A stretch of DNA of 64,000 nt. It comes from Macrostomum lignano. Taxonomy: Eukaryota. A program made the position numbers and the translations under genes. Shown piece after piece: positions 50,167-61,022 of this stretch. The notes beneath the pieces are model-generated. The model had not been told where the DNA came from and did no database searches. It saw only the letters and a list, made by a program, of their open reading frames with translations. Where the stretch lies: contig NIVC01000289.1 in NCBI GenBank assembly GCA_002269645.1, positions 49,182-113,181 of the forward strand, written 5' to 3'. Within the stretch, counting starts at the first letter, position 1, and each line of letters begins with the position of its first letter.

Positions 50167-50760
50167 CTTGGTGACACTTGTAGCTGAATTGGTGACACTT
50201 GCAGCTGAATTGGTGACACTTGCAGCTGAATTGGTGACACTTGCAGCTGAATTGGTGACACTTGTAGCTGAATTGGTGACACTTGTAACTAAATTGGTGA
50301 CACTTGCAGCTGAATTGGTGACACTTGTAGCTGAATTGGTGACACTTGTAACTAAATTGGTGACACTTGCAGCTGAATTGGTGACACTTGTAGCTGAATT
50401 GGTGACACTTGCAGCTGAATTGGTGACACTTGCAGCTGAATTGGTGACACTTGTAGCTGAATTGGTGACACTTGTAGCTGAATTGGTGACACTTGTAGCT
50501 GAATTGGTGACACTTGCAGCTGAATTGGTGACACTTGTAGCTGAATTGGTGACACTTGTAGCTGAATTGGTGACACTTGCAGCTGAATTGGTGACACTTG
50601 TAGCTGAATTGGTGACACTTGCAGCTGAATTGGTGACACTTGTAGCTGAATTGGTGACACTTGTAGCTGAATTGGTGACACTTGTAGCTGAATTGGTGAC
50701 ACTTGTAGCTGAATTGGTGACACTTGTAGCTGAATTGGTGACACTTGTAGCTGAATTGGT
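50162..50760. repeat. 21-bp minisatellite (GCTGAATTGGTGACACTTGTA) beginning at the DOCK stop codon
   Basis: About 28 copies; the first unit GCTGACTTGGTGACACTTGTA contains the TGA stop (50164-50166). Confidence 0.95.
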
Positions 50761-51259
50761 GAAAATGTTTCAATTTTCTATCAGTGCTAAGCTGCTTAAA
50801 ATTCGCAAATATCACCTTTAATATTTCAGTCTGAATTCACGACTTTATTCCAATAACTGCGTTTCTTATTCAGCTTAGTTTATTCCAAGGATGTCTGTCA
50901 ATTTTGCAATATTTTCAGCGTTCACACACTATCCGCTTTTGCAATAGAAATCAGCATATTTTAATAAATAGTTTTTTTTAAATAGATCGTAAATAATTTT
51001 AGTTGAATCGCAAATTTCTGTTTAGACGCGTTACAGACTACTGCTGCGAAACTATAAGGCTTTTTGCTATCTTTTTCCGGAAATTTTTTCTAAAGTTTCT
51101 GACTTTCTGCGAAATGCACTTTTATGCTCAAAACTCAACTGTTTCCTTTCTTGCTGTTCTATCGATGCTGTTCACAGCTTTCTATTATTCGAGTCACTGC
51201 TGTGTTGTGAATATGCAGATATTTTCTCATAAACTGGGTCTTCTGCCAACTGCTGACAG

Positions 51260-52060
51260 CCTTCCCTGAAGCCCCACTGCTCTTCCTGAGGCCTCACCGC
51301 CTTCCCTGAAGCCCCACTGCTTTCCCTAAAGCCTCACCGCCTTCACTGAAGCCCCACCGCCTCTTCACTGCTTTCCCTGAGGCCACACTGCCTTCCCTGA
51401 AGCTCGACTGCTTTTCCTGAAGCCTCACTGCCTTCCCTGAAACCCCATCGCCTTTCCTGAAGCCTTCCCTGAAGCTTCACTGCTTTCCCTGAAGCCTCAC
51501 TACCTTCCTTGAAGCCAAACTGCCTTCTCTGAAGCCACACTGCCTTCCCTAAAGCCTCATCGCCTTCACTGAAGCCCCACCGCCTCTTCACTGCTTTTCC
51601 TGAAGCCACACTGCCTTCCCTGAAGCTCGACTGCTTTCCCTGAAGCCTCACTACCTTCCCTGAAGCCTCACTACCTTCCCTGAAGCCTCACTACCTTCCC
51701 TGAAGCCACACCGCCTTCCTTGAAGCCACACCGCCTTCCTTGAAGCCACACTGCCTTCCCTGAAACCTCACCGCCTCCCTTGAAGCCACACTGCCTTCCC
51801 TGAAACCTCACCGCCTCCCTTGAAGCCACACTGCCTTCCCTGAAACCTCACCGCCTCCCTTGAAGCCACACTGCCTTCCCTGAAACCTCACCGCCTCCCT
51901 TGAAGCCACACTGCCTTCCCTGAAACCTCACCGCCTCCCTTGAAGCCACACTGCCTTCCCTGAAACCTCACCGCCTCCCTTGAAGCCACACTGCCTTCCC
52001 TGAAACCTCACCGCCTCCCTTGAAGCCTCACTGCCTTCCCTGAAGCCTCACTGCCTTCTC
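51260..52060. repeat. 21-bp minisatellite (CTGCCTTCCCTGAAGCCTCAC), with a 42-bp dimeric section
   Basis: Tandem periodicity. Confidence 0.92.
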
Positions 52061-52819
52061 TAAAGTGAATTGCCGTTGCTCAACCAGCAGCTTGTACCAA
52101 GTAAATCAATAATTTTTTTTAACCTGAGATTTACATTATCCAGTTTTTTTTCTTCAAAAACCTGCAGCTTAAACCCTTGGCGTATCCGTGATTACTAATG
52201 CAGCATCTAAGGTAAATTGTTTTTCTCATGTATAGTATAAGCCCGCTCTTTTCAATAATTTTGATTAAATTGTTAAACAAAAAGCGACTTGCTAAATAAT
52301 TATGTACTTTCTGTGACTGCCAGCTCTGTTTGTTTTTTTCAGAATGTTGAATAAATCCTGTTTGTTATATTCCTGCTCACACTGCCTTTCTAGTTCTCAC
52401 TATTCTCACCAGCATATTTGTTATTATTGTTATTATATTTCATCATAAAATTTGGTGACTTACTACTTTTCTCTATCCATTTCCAGTAGTATAATCGGGA
52501 AATTTTATAATTAGAAGTTAATTTAACGAATCTGCACTCTCAAGAGCCCGTGTGCGACTGAATAGAATTTTTATACTGCCATATTATGTGTGCATAATAA
52601 TAATAATATACATATATATACCGAAATATTACCTATATATTGCTTGTCAATACAGCCAGGCGATCAAAAACAAATTTTAAAGGGTTGTTTGTTAATTTTT
52701 TATGATGAAAATTATATTTTATTTGTCGTCAACGTACACTGGATTGATTACACTTTGCATGGTTACTTGGTGTTAGACACTTAGCTGGGTGATTTGCAGG
52801 CTGGCACTGATATTGGTGT

Positions 52820-53100
52820 TACTAAAATGGGGTGTTACAGACACATAATGGGTGTTACACAGACTAAAATGAGGTGTTACAGACACTTTAATGGGACACT
52901 TGAATGTTGCAGACACTAAAGGAGTGTTACAGACACTTTAATGGGTGTTGCAGACAATATCGGGTGTTACAGATTCTTAACTGGGTGTTAAAGACACTAA
53001 ATGGGTGTTACAGATTGTTAACTGGGTGTTAAAGACACTAAAATTGGTGTTACAGATTGTTAACTGGGTGATAAAGACACTAAATGGGTGTTGGACACAA
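52820..53100. repeat. Degenerate about 22-bp repeat (AATGGGTGTTACAGACACTAA)
   Basis: Tandem periodicity. Confidence 0.75.
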
Positions 53101-53342
53101 ATAGGTTTCCCGATCAAGGCCACTGAAGTGAGTTTTAATTTGCAGACAGTCTGTGTTGACTAAAGATGCAAGTATGCAGTAGGAACTGTAGTAACCAGCT
53201 CGTACATGTACGATGTATTTACTGCATATTTTTACAAATTCTCAAAATCCTGTCTGCAGTGAAATCAAACTTTTCTGCCACACTGCAGGCACTTCATAGT
53301 TCCGATGTCTGTGGAACTGCGCAATGCTGATAAATATATATA

Positions 53343-54259
53343 GGATTTTTCGTTTGATTTCATAAAATTGTCATTTGATTTCGTCCATAGAAGTTGGCAG
53401 CGCGGCCATAGAGTCTATGGCAATAAAGTGCGCTGTTTTCCAATCGAATTCATAACTTTGCCACTTCATTTCGACATACCCAGTAGAAAGGCAACAGAAA
53501 AGTCGATGCGCTTGTCCAGTACAGAAAGAACTGTTAAAAACAGAAAGCTGTGTATTTAAGTCACATGAGGAAGTGCGCAGTTGCAACAGTGAAATCAGTT
53601 ATGTCCGCCAAAGTTAATGCTCGTTCGCTGCAACACGCTACAAATTTCACATTATCTGCTGCTCATTGATGCACAGGGGCAGAAACCGCATCACATGTCG
53701 TTCCCAGGCAAGGCACTTCGCGGCGGAAATTTCCTCTCGTGCAACGTAGCCGCAGCGGAAAAGCAACCATGAGTCTCGACTGCGTAAGGTTGATGCCATC
53801 AGGCGGATAGCTAAGTTCCTGTTGAAGCTCAGGTGTTGCTAGCTGGCGTTTAAGCGAAGCCTTGAGACAACTGTGTGCCTGCTCCGCGGCGTTAAGAAAT
53901 GGAGAGTACGGTGGCAGAGTTCGCAGTTGAATACGATTGGCCGCGTTTATACGTTTCCAATGGACGCGTATGCAGCCATTTTTAGGCACACAAGGAAGCA
54001 GACTGTTGCCCAAGAAGAGGACACGTTCATATAGGCTTTTCATTTCTATGAGAGGTTTGGCCATAGATATTCACCCACTGATATCCCAGCCCCCTCTGGC
54101 AGTGTTTGAGCCACTCCGCGCGTCAAGTCGAAATGAAGTGGCAAAGCTATGAATTCAATCGGAAAACAGCGCACTTTATTGCCATAGACTCTATGGCCGC
54201 GCTGCCAACTTCTATGGACGAAATCAAATGACAATTTTATGAAATCAAACGAAAAATCC
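53343..54259 (-). mobile_element. Tc1/IS630-family deletion derivative with 133-bp TIRs and a C-terminal transposase fragment
   Basis: TIRs at 53343-53475 and 54127-54259 are flanked by TA. The minus strand reads IQLRTLPPYSPFLNAAEQAHSCLK (LPPYSP.LNPIE catalytic-E motif of DDE_3), then after a shift EISAAKCLAWERHVMRFLPLCINEQQIM*. Confidence 0.9.
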
Positions 54260-54720
54260 TATATTATATCAAAAGCAGAATATGCAATCGAATGCACTGC
54301 AATAATTACGTATATGATAAGCCATTTAATAAGCATTCTATGGTCAGAATGTCCGAGGCTGCATTTAATGGTCTCGAGGCGAGCGAAGCGACATTCCGAC
54401 CAGAGACAGCTTAATTTAATGGCTATTATTTTATATGAAATCAGATTGCTTATTTTGGGATATTCCATCTGGTCGACCGTGGTTGCGGGCGGGGGTGCGG
54501 AGGCAGAGCCCCCCGCTGGGGGTGTGAAGGCGAAGAATTTCTTAAAACATCGTAGAATTCTCATACAGTCTTAAATCTTTCTCGCGGGCCATAGACAATA
54601 TGTTTAGAATGAATTATCTTAAGACAGTCAGCAAGGGAAAGAAATTCTAAAGAGAAGAGAAGCGATTGCGACAAAATCAGTCTAACTGCTTTACCGAGGA
54701 TTCGTGCCTTCGATCTTTAC

Positions 54721-54954
54721 CTTCGACAAGCCGTGTGTAGAGAGTTGCTTGATACGACCGACTTGGAGCGCTAGGATGTCTGAGAATCATCGATCCCTCT
54801 GCCAAGGTGGCTAGGATTGCGTCCAGTGCTTCACAAGGCATCCCTGTTCCAAAAGCAAACCTGAGCAACGGTCCCACCGGTGAGCTTGTCGCTTCTGATG
54901 AGTCTTGTGAGTCCTCTAATGCACACGGAGTGAAGTCTATCGTCATTGACGGTC
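54721..54954 (-). other. Possible orphan coding exon (234 nt, phase 1-1), partners not found
   Basis: Acceptor TTTTATAG and donor GTAAAG; open frame PSMTIDFTPCALEDS...QATLYTRLVE. No recognisable domain. Confidence 0.3.
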
Positions 54955-55285
54955 CTATAAAATTGAAATCCTGTTAAGCGCCTGCAGACTTTTTAAAGCT
55001 ACACATGTAGCATAGAAAACTATTGAGAAGAAGCATGAGTTATGCGTTATTCGTATTCTGTTTGTCTCATTTTCTATTTGCGACATCAGATATACACTAA
55101 TTGTTTATTACTCTATGGTACACCTGGACTTTCCCGAGACTATTAAATGATTTATTGGTCCCGGTATGAAAGTAGTTGTACCATAGACTACATGTATTGA
55201 TTCCTTGCTGCGAAGGCGCCCATTAAACGTCAATTAAATAAGCAATCGGATTTTATATGTATATGACTCGAAGAAGTACATCGCC

Positions 55286-55627
55286 ATGACTGCAGACGAC
55301 CATCGGGAATTGACCGACGAAATCTTACTAAGCTCAGCGGTTGCCATAGCAACTATTGCTGTCCTATTCATAGCTTACAATTTTTTCTATCTACCATTGC
55401 AAACTATTGTGCATGAGCGAAACGAACTTGTTGCCAGCGACCTTGACACCGAGTTCTACCTCAGCCACTACACATTCGCAGACGAGGTGATGAAGTTGCA
55501 CTATTGTCGTAGTGTCGAGCAGCTGAGAAATCTGCATCGTTTGAAGCGATCGGGCGAGGACCGAGAACAGACGAAGCGGCCTTCAGATTCTGAACAGTAC
55601 TTTGCCAACAACGCGCCTGCTGATTAG
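55286..55627 (+). CDS. Small uncharacterised single-pass membrane or secreted protein (113 aa)
   Basis: GCCATG start; hydrophobic segment ILLSSAVAIATIAVLFIAYNFFYL; balanced non-repetitive composition; KR sites. No family recognised. Confidence 0.45.
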   Translation: MTADDHRELTDEILLSSAVAIATIAVLFIAYNFFYLPLQTIVHERNELVASDLDTEFYLSHYTFADEVMKLHYCRSVEQLRNLHRLKRSGEDREQTKRPSDSEQYFANNAPAD

Positions 55628-56014
55628 GGAGACCTTTGAACTTTTGGTAAAGTGTTAATTAATCTATAAAGTACGATGGGGCTGCTTTGATGGGGCACTC
55701 TCTACAGCATGCTTGACCAATTTTACCAAAGACAACAGACAGAACAGTCAGTGACTGTAAAGCTGATAAGTTCACCCATTAAGAAGCATGAAAGTTTCAA
55801 ACACACTTCAATTGTTCTTATACTGTTTTCAACTGCATGATGTACATGCATGCTACTGTTGACTCTGTGTTTTGTTCCTGCTACAACACTCATGTTTTGG
55901 AAACGAACCATGATAATATTAAACTCAGACAGCTTGCAAAATCAGACGTGCGTATTTTTGAAATAGTTCAATTATTTTAGTGCTTCTCAGAGCATTGCTG
56001 CATCTAGTTTGGGG

Positions 56015-56968
56015 CAGGCGCGTCGCCACCAGGGGGACCGGCAGGGGGAAGGACATGCCCCCGCCCCCCCCCCCCCCAGTAAAAGCTATGCAGGGGGACA
56101 TGCCAATGCTTTGTCCCCTCCCCCCACCCCACCAATGGTGACACGTTGTGATAATCAATAATTTTTCTTCAGGGCGCCAAAATATAGCGGCTTTGGCGTC
56201 AAAATGTGTGCCTGTGGCTCCAAAATGAGTGCCTGTGGCTCCAAAATGAGTGCCTGCGGCTCCAAAATGAGTGCCTGCGGCTCCAAAATGAGTGCCTGCG
56301 GCGCTTAAATGAGTGGCTGCGGCGCCAAAATGAGTGCCTGCGGCTTCAAAATGAGTGCCTGTGGCGCTAAAATGAGTGCCTGCGGCGCAAAAATGAGTAC
56401 CTGCGGCGCCAAAATGAGTGCCTGTGGCGTCAAAATGAGTGCCTGCGGCGCCAAAATGAGTACCTGCGGCGCCAAAATGAGTGCCTGCGGCTCCAAAATG
56501 AGTGCCTGCGGCTCCAAAATGAGTGCCTGCGGCGCTTAAATGAGTGGCTGCGGCGCCAAAATGAGTGCCTGCGGCTTCAAAATGAGTGCCTGCGGCTTCA
56601 AAATGAGTGCCTGCGGCGCAAAAATGAGTACCTGCGGCGCCAAAATAAGTGCCTGTGGCGTCAAGTACCTGCGGCGTCAAAATGAGTGCCTGTGGCGTCA
56701 AAATATGAGTGCCTGTGGCGTCAAAATGAGTACCTGCGGCGTCAAAATGAGTACCTTCGGCGCCAAAATGAGTACCTGTGGCGTCAAAATATGAGTGCCT
56801 GCGGCGCCAAAATGAGTGCCTGCGGCTTCAAAATGAGTGCCTGCGGCGCCAAAAATCGCTGACAACACGATTCTCAAACTAATCGAAATGTAGGAATTTT
56901 TAGTCATGTACATACATTTTGAATTCTTAGTTTTGTCCCCCACCATAAAATCCATGGCGACGCCCCTA
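56015..56968. mobile_element. hAT-like MITE carrying an internal 21-bp array (GGCGCCAAAATGAGTGCCTGC, about 56205-56855)
   Basis: TIRs CAGGCGCGTCGCCA / TGGCGACGCCCCTA; 8-bp flanks GTTTGGGG / GTTGTGGG (6/8). Related units occur reversed at about 59105-59180. Confidence 0.75.
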
Positions 56969-57492
56969 GTTGTGGGTGCCTGAATTTTTAAATAAAATAG
57001 CGATGACGCTTCGCTCTGGGGGACATCATTAGCTTCACAGGGATCAAATATTAGCAGCAGAGACCCTGGCGTAACGCCTTCAGTGCTTTTTCGTCGGCTA
57101 TAAGTCGCCTGCATTCTTAAATTTTTAGCGGGTTATAATTATTTTTTTACAATCAAAGCTTTAAGTCAAGCAGTTTCTTTTAGTCTAAAAATCTTTTGGT
57201 AAGTTTGTTAGCTTATTTGTGCTAATTAAAAGGTGTAAAACGTATAGCAAAATAGAATTTTCACAAGTTTTCTAGAACTGATTGTTGTCAATATGCACTC
57301 AATCACATGACATCCTTAATTGTACTTAATTGTGACTTCATTGTACCTTTTTTTCTAGTGGCAAATTTTATTAAACATAAGCGCATATCAGGTTTTGAGG
57401 TGGATTTGTTTCAATAATAACTAAACAAAACGACCCCAGACAAGCGACGGGCAAAAGTATATAGAGTGCAAGCATATATAAGCCGGTCTTCA

Positions 57493-58355
57493 TCACTGAA
57501 TGTACTGGTAGAAACCGTATGCCTCGAGCTCGCACATGTTTAGGTAATCGTTGACATGACTCAGTACGCGAACTCTGCTTCCAGTCATGCCGCAGGTCAC
57601 GTTCCTCACTTCGAAATGCTGCGTCACCTTCACGCTGCCGCAGGTAACGTCGTCCACAAGTATTTTAAAGTCGTTCAACCGCTCCGGAGACATATCCAGC
57701 CTGTTGTACACTGTGACGTAAGCCACGACAGCTGTCTGGACTAGGCTGCCCTCCCACCATTGGTCCGATAATCCGTTGGTGTGAATGCAGTAGCCATTAA
57801 AGAAGTTCGTATCCGTGCACACGCCGCTGTAGGCTACCGAATGTTGGCTGCAGTTGACGAATTGTAGCATCTGAGGAGCTGAAAGAGATGTTAGACAAAT
57901 ACCGATTAATTAAATGATACTGATCGATATTGGGATCATTTTGTTCAGATGTTCAAACCCCTGGAGTTATTGCTTGGACAACACCAAGCAAAATATAATA
58001 ATTCGTACAAAGAAAAATCACCAGCATTCTTAACGAAGAAGTCGCACGGCTGGTCCACAGCAGTCCACCACGAGGTTCGCCAGTAGAACGCGGAAGTGTT
58101 GAACAGCTGGCACACCATGTGACTGTCAGTCCAATAGTAAAAGCCGTGACAGTTTGGTCTCTCAAAGCAGCGCATGGAGCACTGGATTGAGCCGCTGCCA
58201 TCGACTGCCGCGAAAGACGGAGGCAAAGTGCTGTTGCTGGGGCTGTCCGAGCTGCAGATATAGGTTGACCCGCTGCTTGAGGAGTCAGAGGCCGACACCC
58301 AATGATGGCACATCAACAAGACAAAAGCAAATTGGAGCAGAAACGGGGCCATCAT
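57493..58355 (-). CDS. Secreted PAN/apple-like + F-type (fucolectin/FTP) lectin, 2 exons
   Basis: Exon 1 runs from about 58355 to 58022 (signal MMAPFLLQFAFVLLMCHHWVSA; SIQCSMRCFERPNCHGFYY...CQLF). A phase-1 intron spans 58021-57879 and exon 2 spans 57878-57493. The FTL fucose motif H-x26-R-x-D-x4-R is intact: HTNGLSDQWWEGSLVQTAVVAYVTVYNRLDMSPER. The domain closes with LNMCELEAYG. Confidence 0.85.
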
Positions 58356-60062
58356 CCGCATTGCTTGAAGAAAGTAGATCTGCATGCAATTGCTACTCTT
58401 ATGAGCGATTCGACAGTGAAATTCTCATTGGGTGTGTTACATGTAGCTAGTGATCGTCTAAAGTCTTCATATTCGTGTCTTAATAGCATCAACCCCATGT
58501 CAGTAGCTACTGAAAAAGAAAACCCTTCCCAGCTCATCCTAACTGTTATTCCTAGGATTCTTGATGAGAAAAACGAGTTTTATGAGTAGCTGTCAAAGTA
58601 GAAAAAGTGTCAATCAGCTGGGCTCTTAACACAATAAAAAGCTGGAGCCATCATCTTCATGCAGATACTCAGCTAGAGTACCCCATTGATTGTTGAATGT
58701 CAGGTATGTTTTTGGCATATCTCCACTATGGTGGTGCACAAATTTGCACCACCTGGATACACAGAGAAACAATTATCGAGTTTAAATTGAGTATACTCCA
58801 TTTGCATTTACTGTGTAGTGTACTCGTACACATTGAGCTGAAGTATAGTACTTATTAGCCGGCAAGCAAGAATTCCATCGCCAGCTAAGCATGCAATGAG
58901 TGGGACTACAATTAATAATCAATATTAGCCTTGATTCTTACAGTTATATTTTATGTCCTCTGCAACTCCAAACCAAAAGACCACGGATCAGCTCTCCTTT
59001 TCTTTCTTGAAGACTCGCTATGCTATGCTTATATTATGCTTAATTATGTTCAATAATAAAATACATTTTAACTGCAAAATTCAATCCACAACACACATTT
59101 TTGCGCTACAGGCACTTATCTTGCATCGGCAGCCACCACAGGCACTCATTTTAATTTAACGCCGCAGGCCCTAATTTTGTACTGCAAGCTCCCGGATTAT
59201 AACTGCCCCTGTACTAAAAAAATCCAGAATTAAGCATTTTATAAATTATTTATGAAAGAAGATTGCTGAAATAAATTGTTCCTAATTTTGCTTGAACTTT
59301 GTTAAAACAGGAAAACGCGTGTGCACGTTTCGAATTCGACACCAACACATACGAGCTTGTCAACTACACCCGCGGCCCCGCTCATCAGTTATAGTGCCTG
59401 CATTCAGTTCAGTGCCTGCCAGACTCGCAAAGATTCCTTTGCTATGCAGCATACTATACTAACTATCTATAAGCCCTAGTGAATAATAATCCCTTACTCG
59501 GGTTCACTGATGCCCCCTAAAAACTCTTGGATCTGCCTCTGAGAAAAAAATAAGAAAATTGTCAGTTTATTATTACCTAATTACTACCCATTTCTAGACC
59601 TAAATTTGGCCCTGGTGAATCTGTCTTACTGTCTATATTCTATAATGATTATAAAAATTATAAATTTATCTTGCGAATTAAATGATAAATTGGAATAGGC
59701 CCTATTTTTTATATTTTGTTAGGCAAGGCCTACATTTTAGAATTTTGTCTTTCAATTTTATGTGAAATTTGCTTTTTTAATTATGTAATTGAAACAAAAA
59801 ATTAAATAGGTTTATAATTAAAAAGTACATTTATGAATTTTATTATTTATTGGGTAACTGGGGTTGTTTGGCCCATAAACTGTTTTGGCCAAAGAAATTT
59901 TAGGCAATTTCCTAGATTTGCATGTTTAATTGTTATCTGTTTGAAATTGTGCATTTACGTGGTGCAAAAACAAATGAGCAACAGAAAAAGTTATAAACTG
60001 GTAGTTAAATGTCAATAAAAGTTTATAATGTCAATAGTTTGTTTTTTAAATGGTATTAAGTG

Positions 60063-60589
60063 CCATAGTCCAGATCATAACCGGGCTGGGTCACCCCTTG
60101 TTACCCCTTGTCACCCCTTGAGCAAGGGGTCACCCCTTGCTAACCCTATTGGCATACATTGGCATACAACCAAAAAATTGGGCCCTACCTATTGGCGTGA
60201 GTGGCGTAGGGATGCTGTTGCTATTGCAACTTGCAATGTAATGTACATTTAAACATTGGTATTTTTTAGGAATTTGCACAATAATTTAAAAAATGGAATT
60301 TATGTTAGAAAAACATTCACTTTAACAAAATATATTCCTATCTATTGTTCTATTGAATAATTTTAATATTCTTATAAAACCTGCTACTAGAGGCATAATG
60401 TTATTTTACTTGCTTGTAGTAAGATAACATAGGTGTAACTGTATTTAAATTGCGATATGCTCCATTTTTCGTGGTATAAAAATGGCGTACAGTTAGAGAA
60501 AGCAGAAAAAATTTGGCTACATTGGCATACAAACTGTGGATCCATCAAGTTTTAGTTTGGCATACACCTTGCCATGATCTGGACTATGG
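60063..60589. mobile_element. MITE with 16-bp TIRs and 8-bp TSD
   Basis: TIRs CCATAGTCCAGATCAT / ATGATCTGGACTATGG. TSD ATTAAGTG lies at 60055-60062 and is recovered at 61024-61031 once the adjacent element is removed. Confidence 0.8.
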
Positions 60590-60596
60590 ATTAATT

Positions 60597-61022
60597 CAGG
60601 GGTCCCCAACCTTATATGGGTGGCAGGCCGCATTGACAACTGGCTTAGGGTGTGTGGGCTGCATGCTAATATATAAATATAATGGCCCACCTCCTTTGCC
60701 TTGAACCATATTGATATTAGCTAGCATTCCTTCCTACTTTTTACTTCAACTCTTGACTGTGTGTACATTTGTGCACTAGGAGTGGCTAAAATAGCAATCC
60801 AAATGAATTGAAGCATTGCTTCTAGCAGTGGGGAAGGTAAGAGATTTCTGGGAATATTTTCAGTATAGCTAGGAAAATTTTAACATTTTCGGGGGCTGTA
60901 GTGAAATCTAGTGATAGACTTGGCAGGCCGCATGTAATGCAAACTACTGGAAAGTGCTGCAGGCCACAAAAAAGGGCTCGCGGGCCACACGTGGCCTACA
61001 GGCAGCAGGTTGGGGACCCCTG
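60597..61022. mobile_element. hAT (Charlie-like) MITE
   Basis: TIRs CAGGGGTCCCCAACCT / AGGTTGGGGACCCCTG; TSD GATTAATT / GATTAAGT. Confidence 0.88.

Noticed and set aside
54895-54945. Hammerhead ribozyme (CTGATGA core)
   Set aside because: No downstream GAAA with the required stems.
58302-58589. Plus-strand ORF with faint LINE-endonuclease-like DEKNEFYE
   Set aside because: The similarity is limited to a few residues and the ORF overlaps the 5' end of the lectin gene on the opposite strand.
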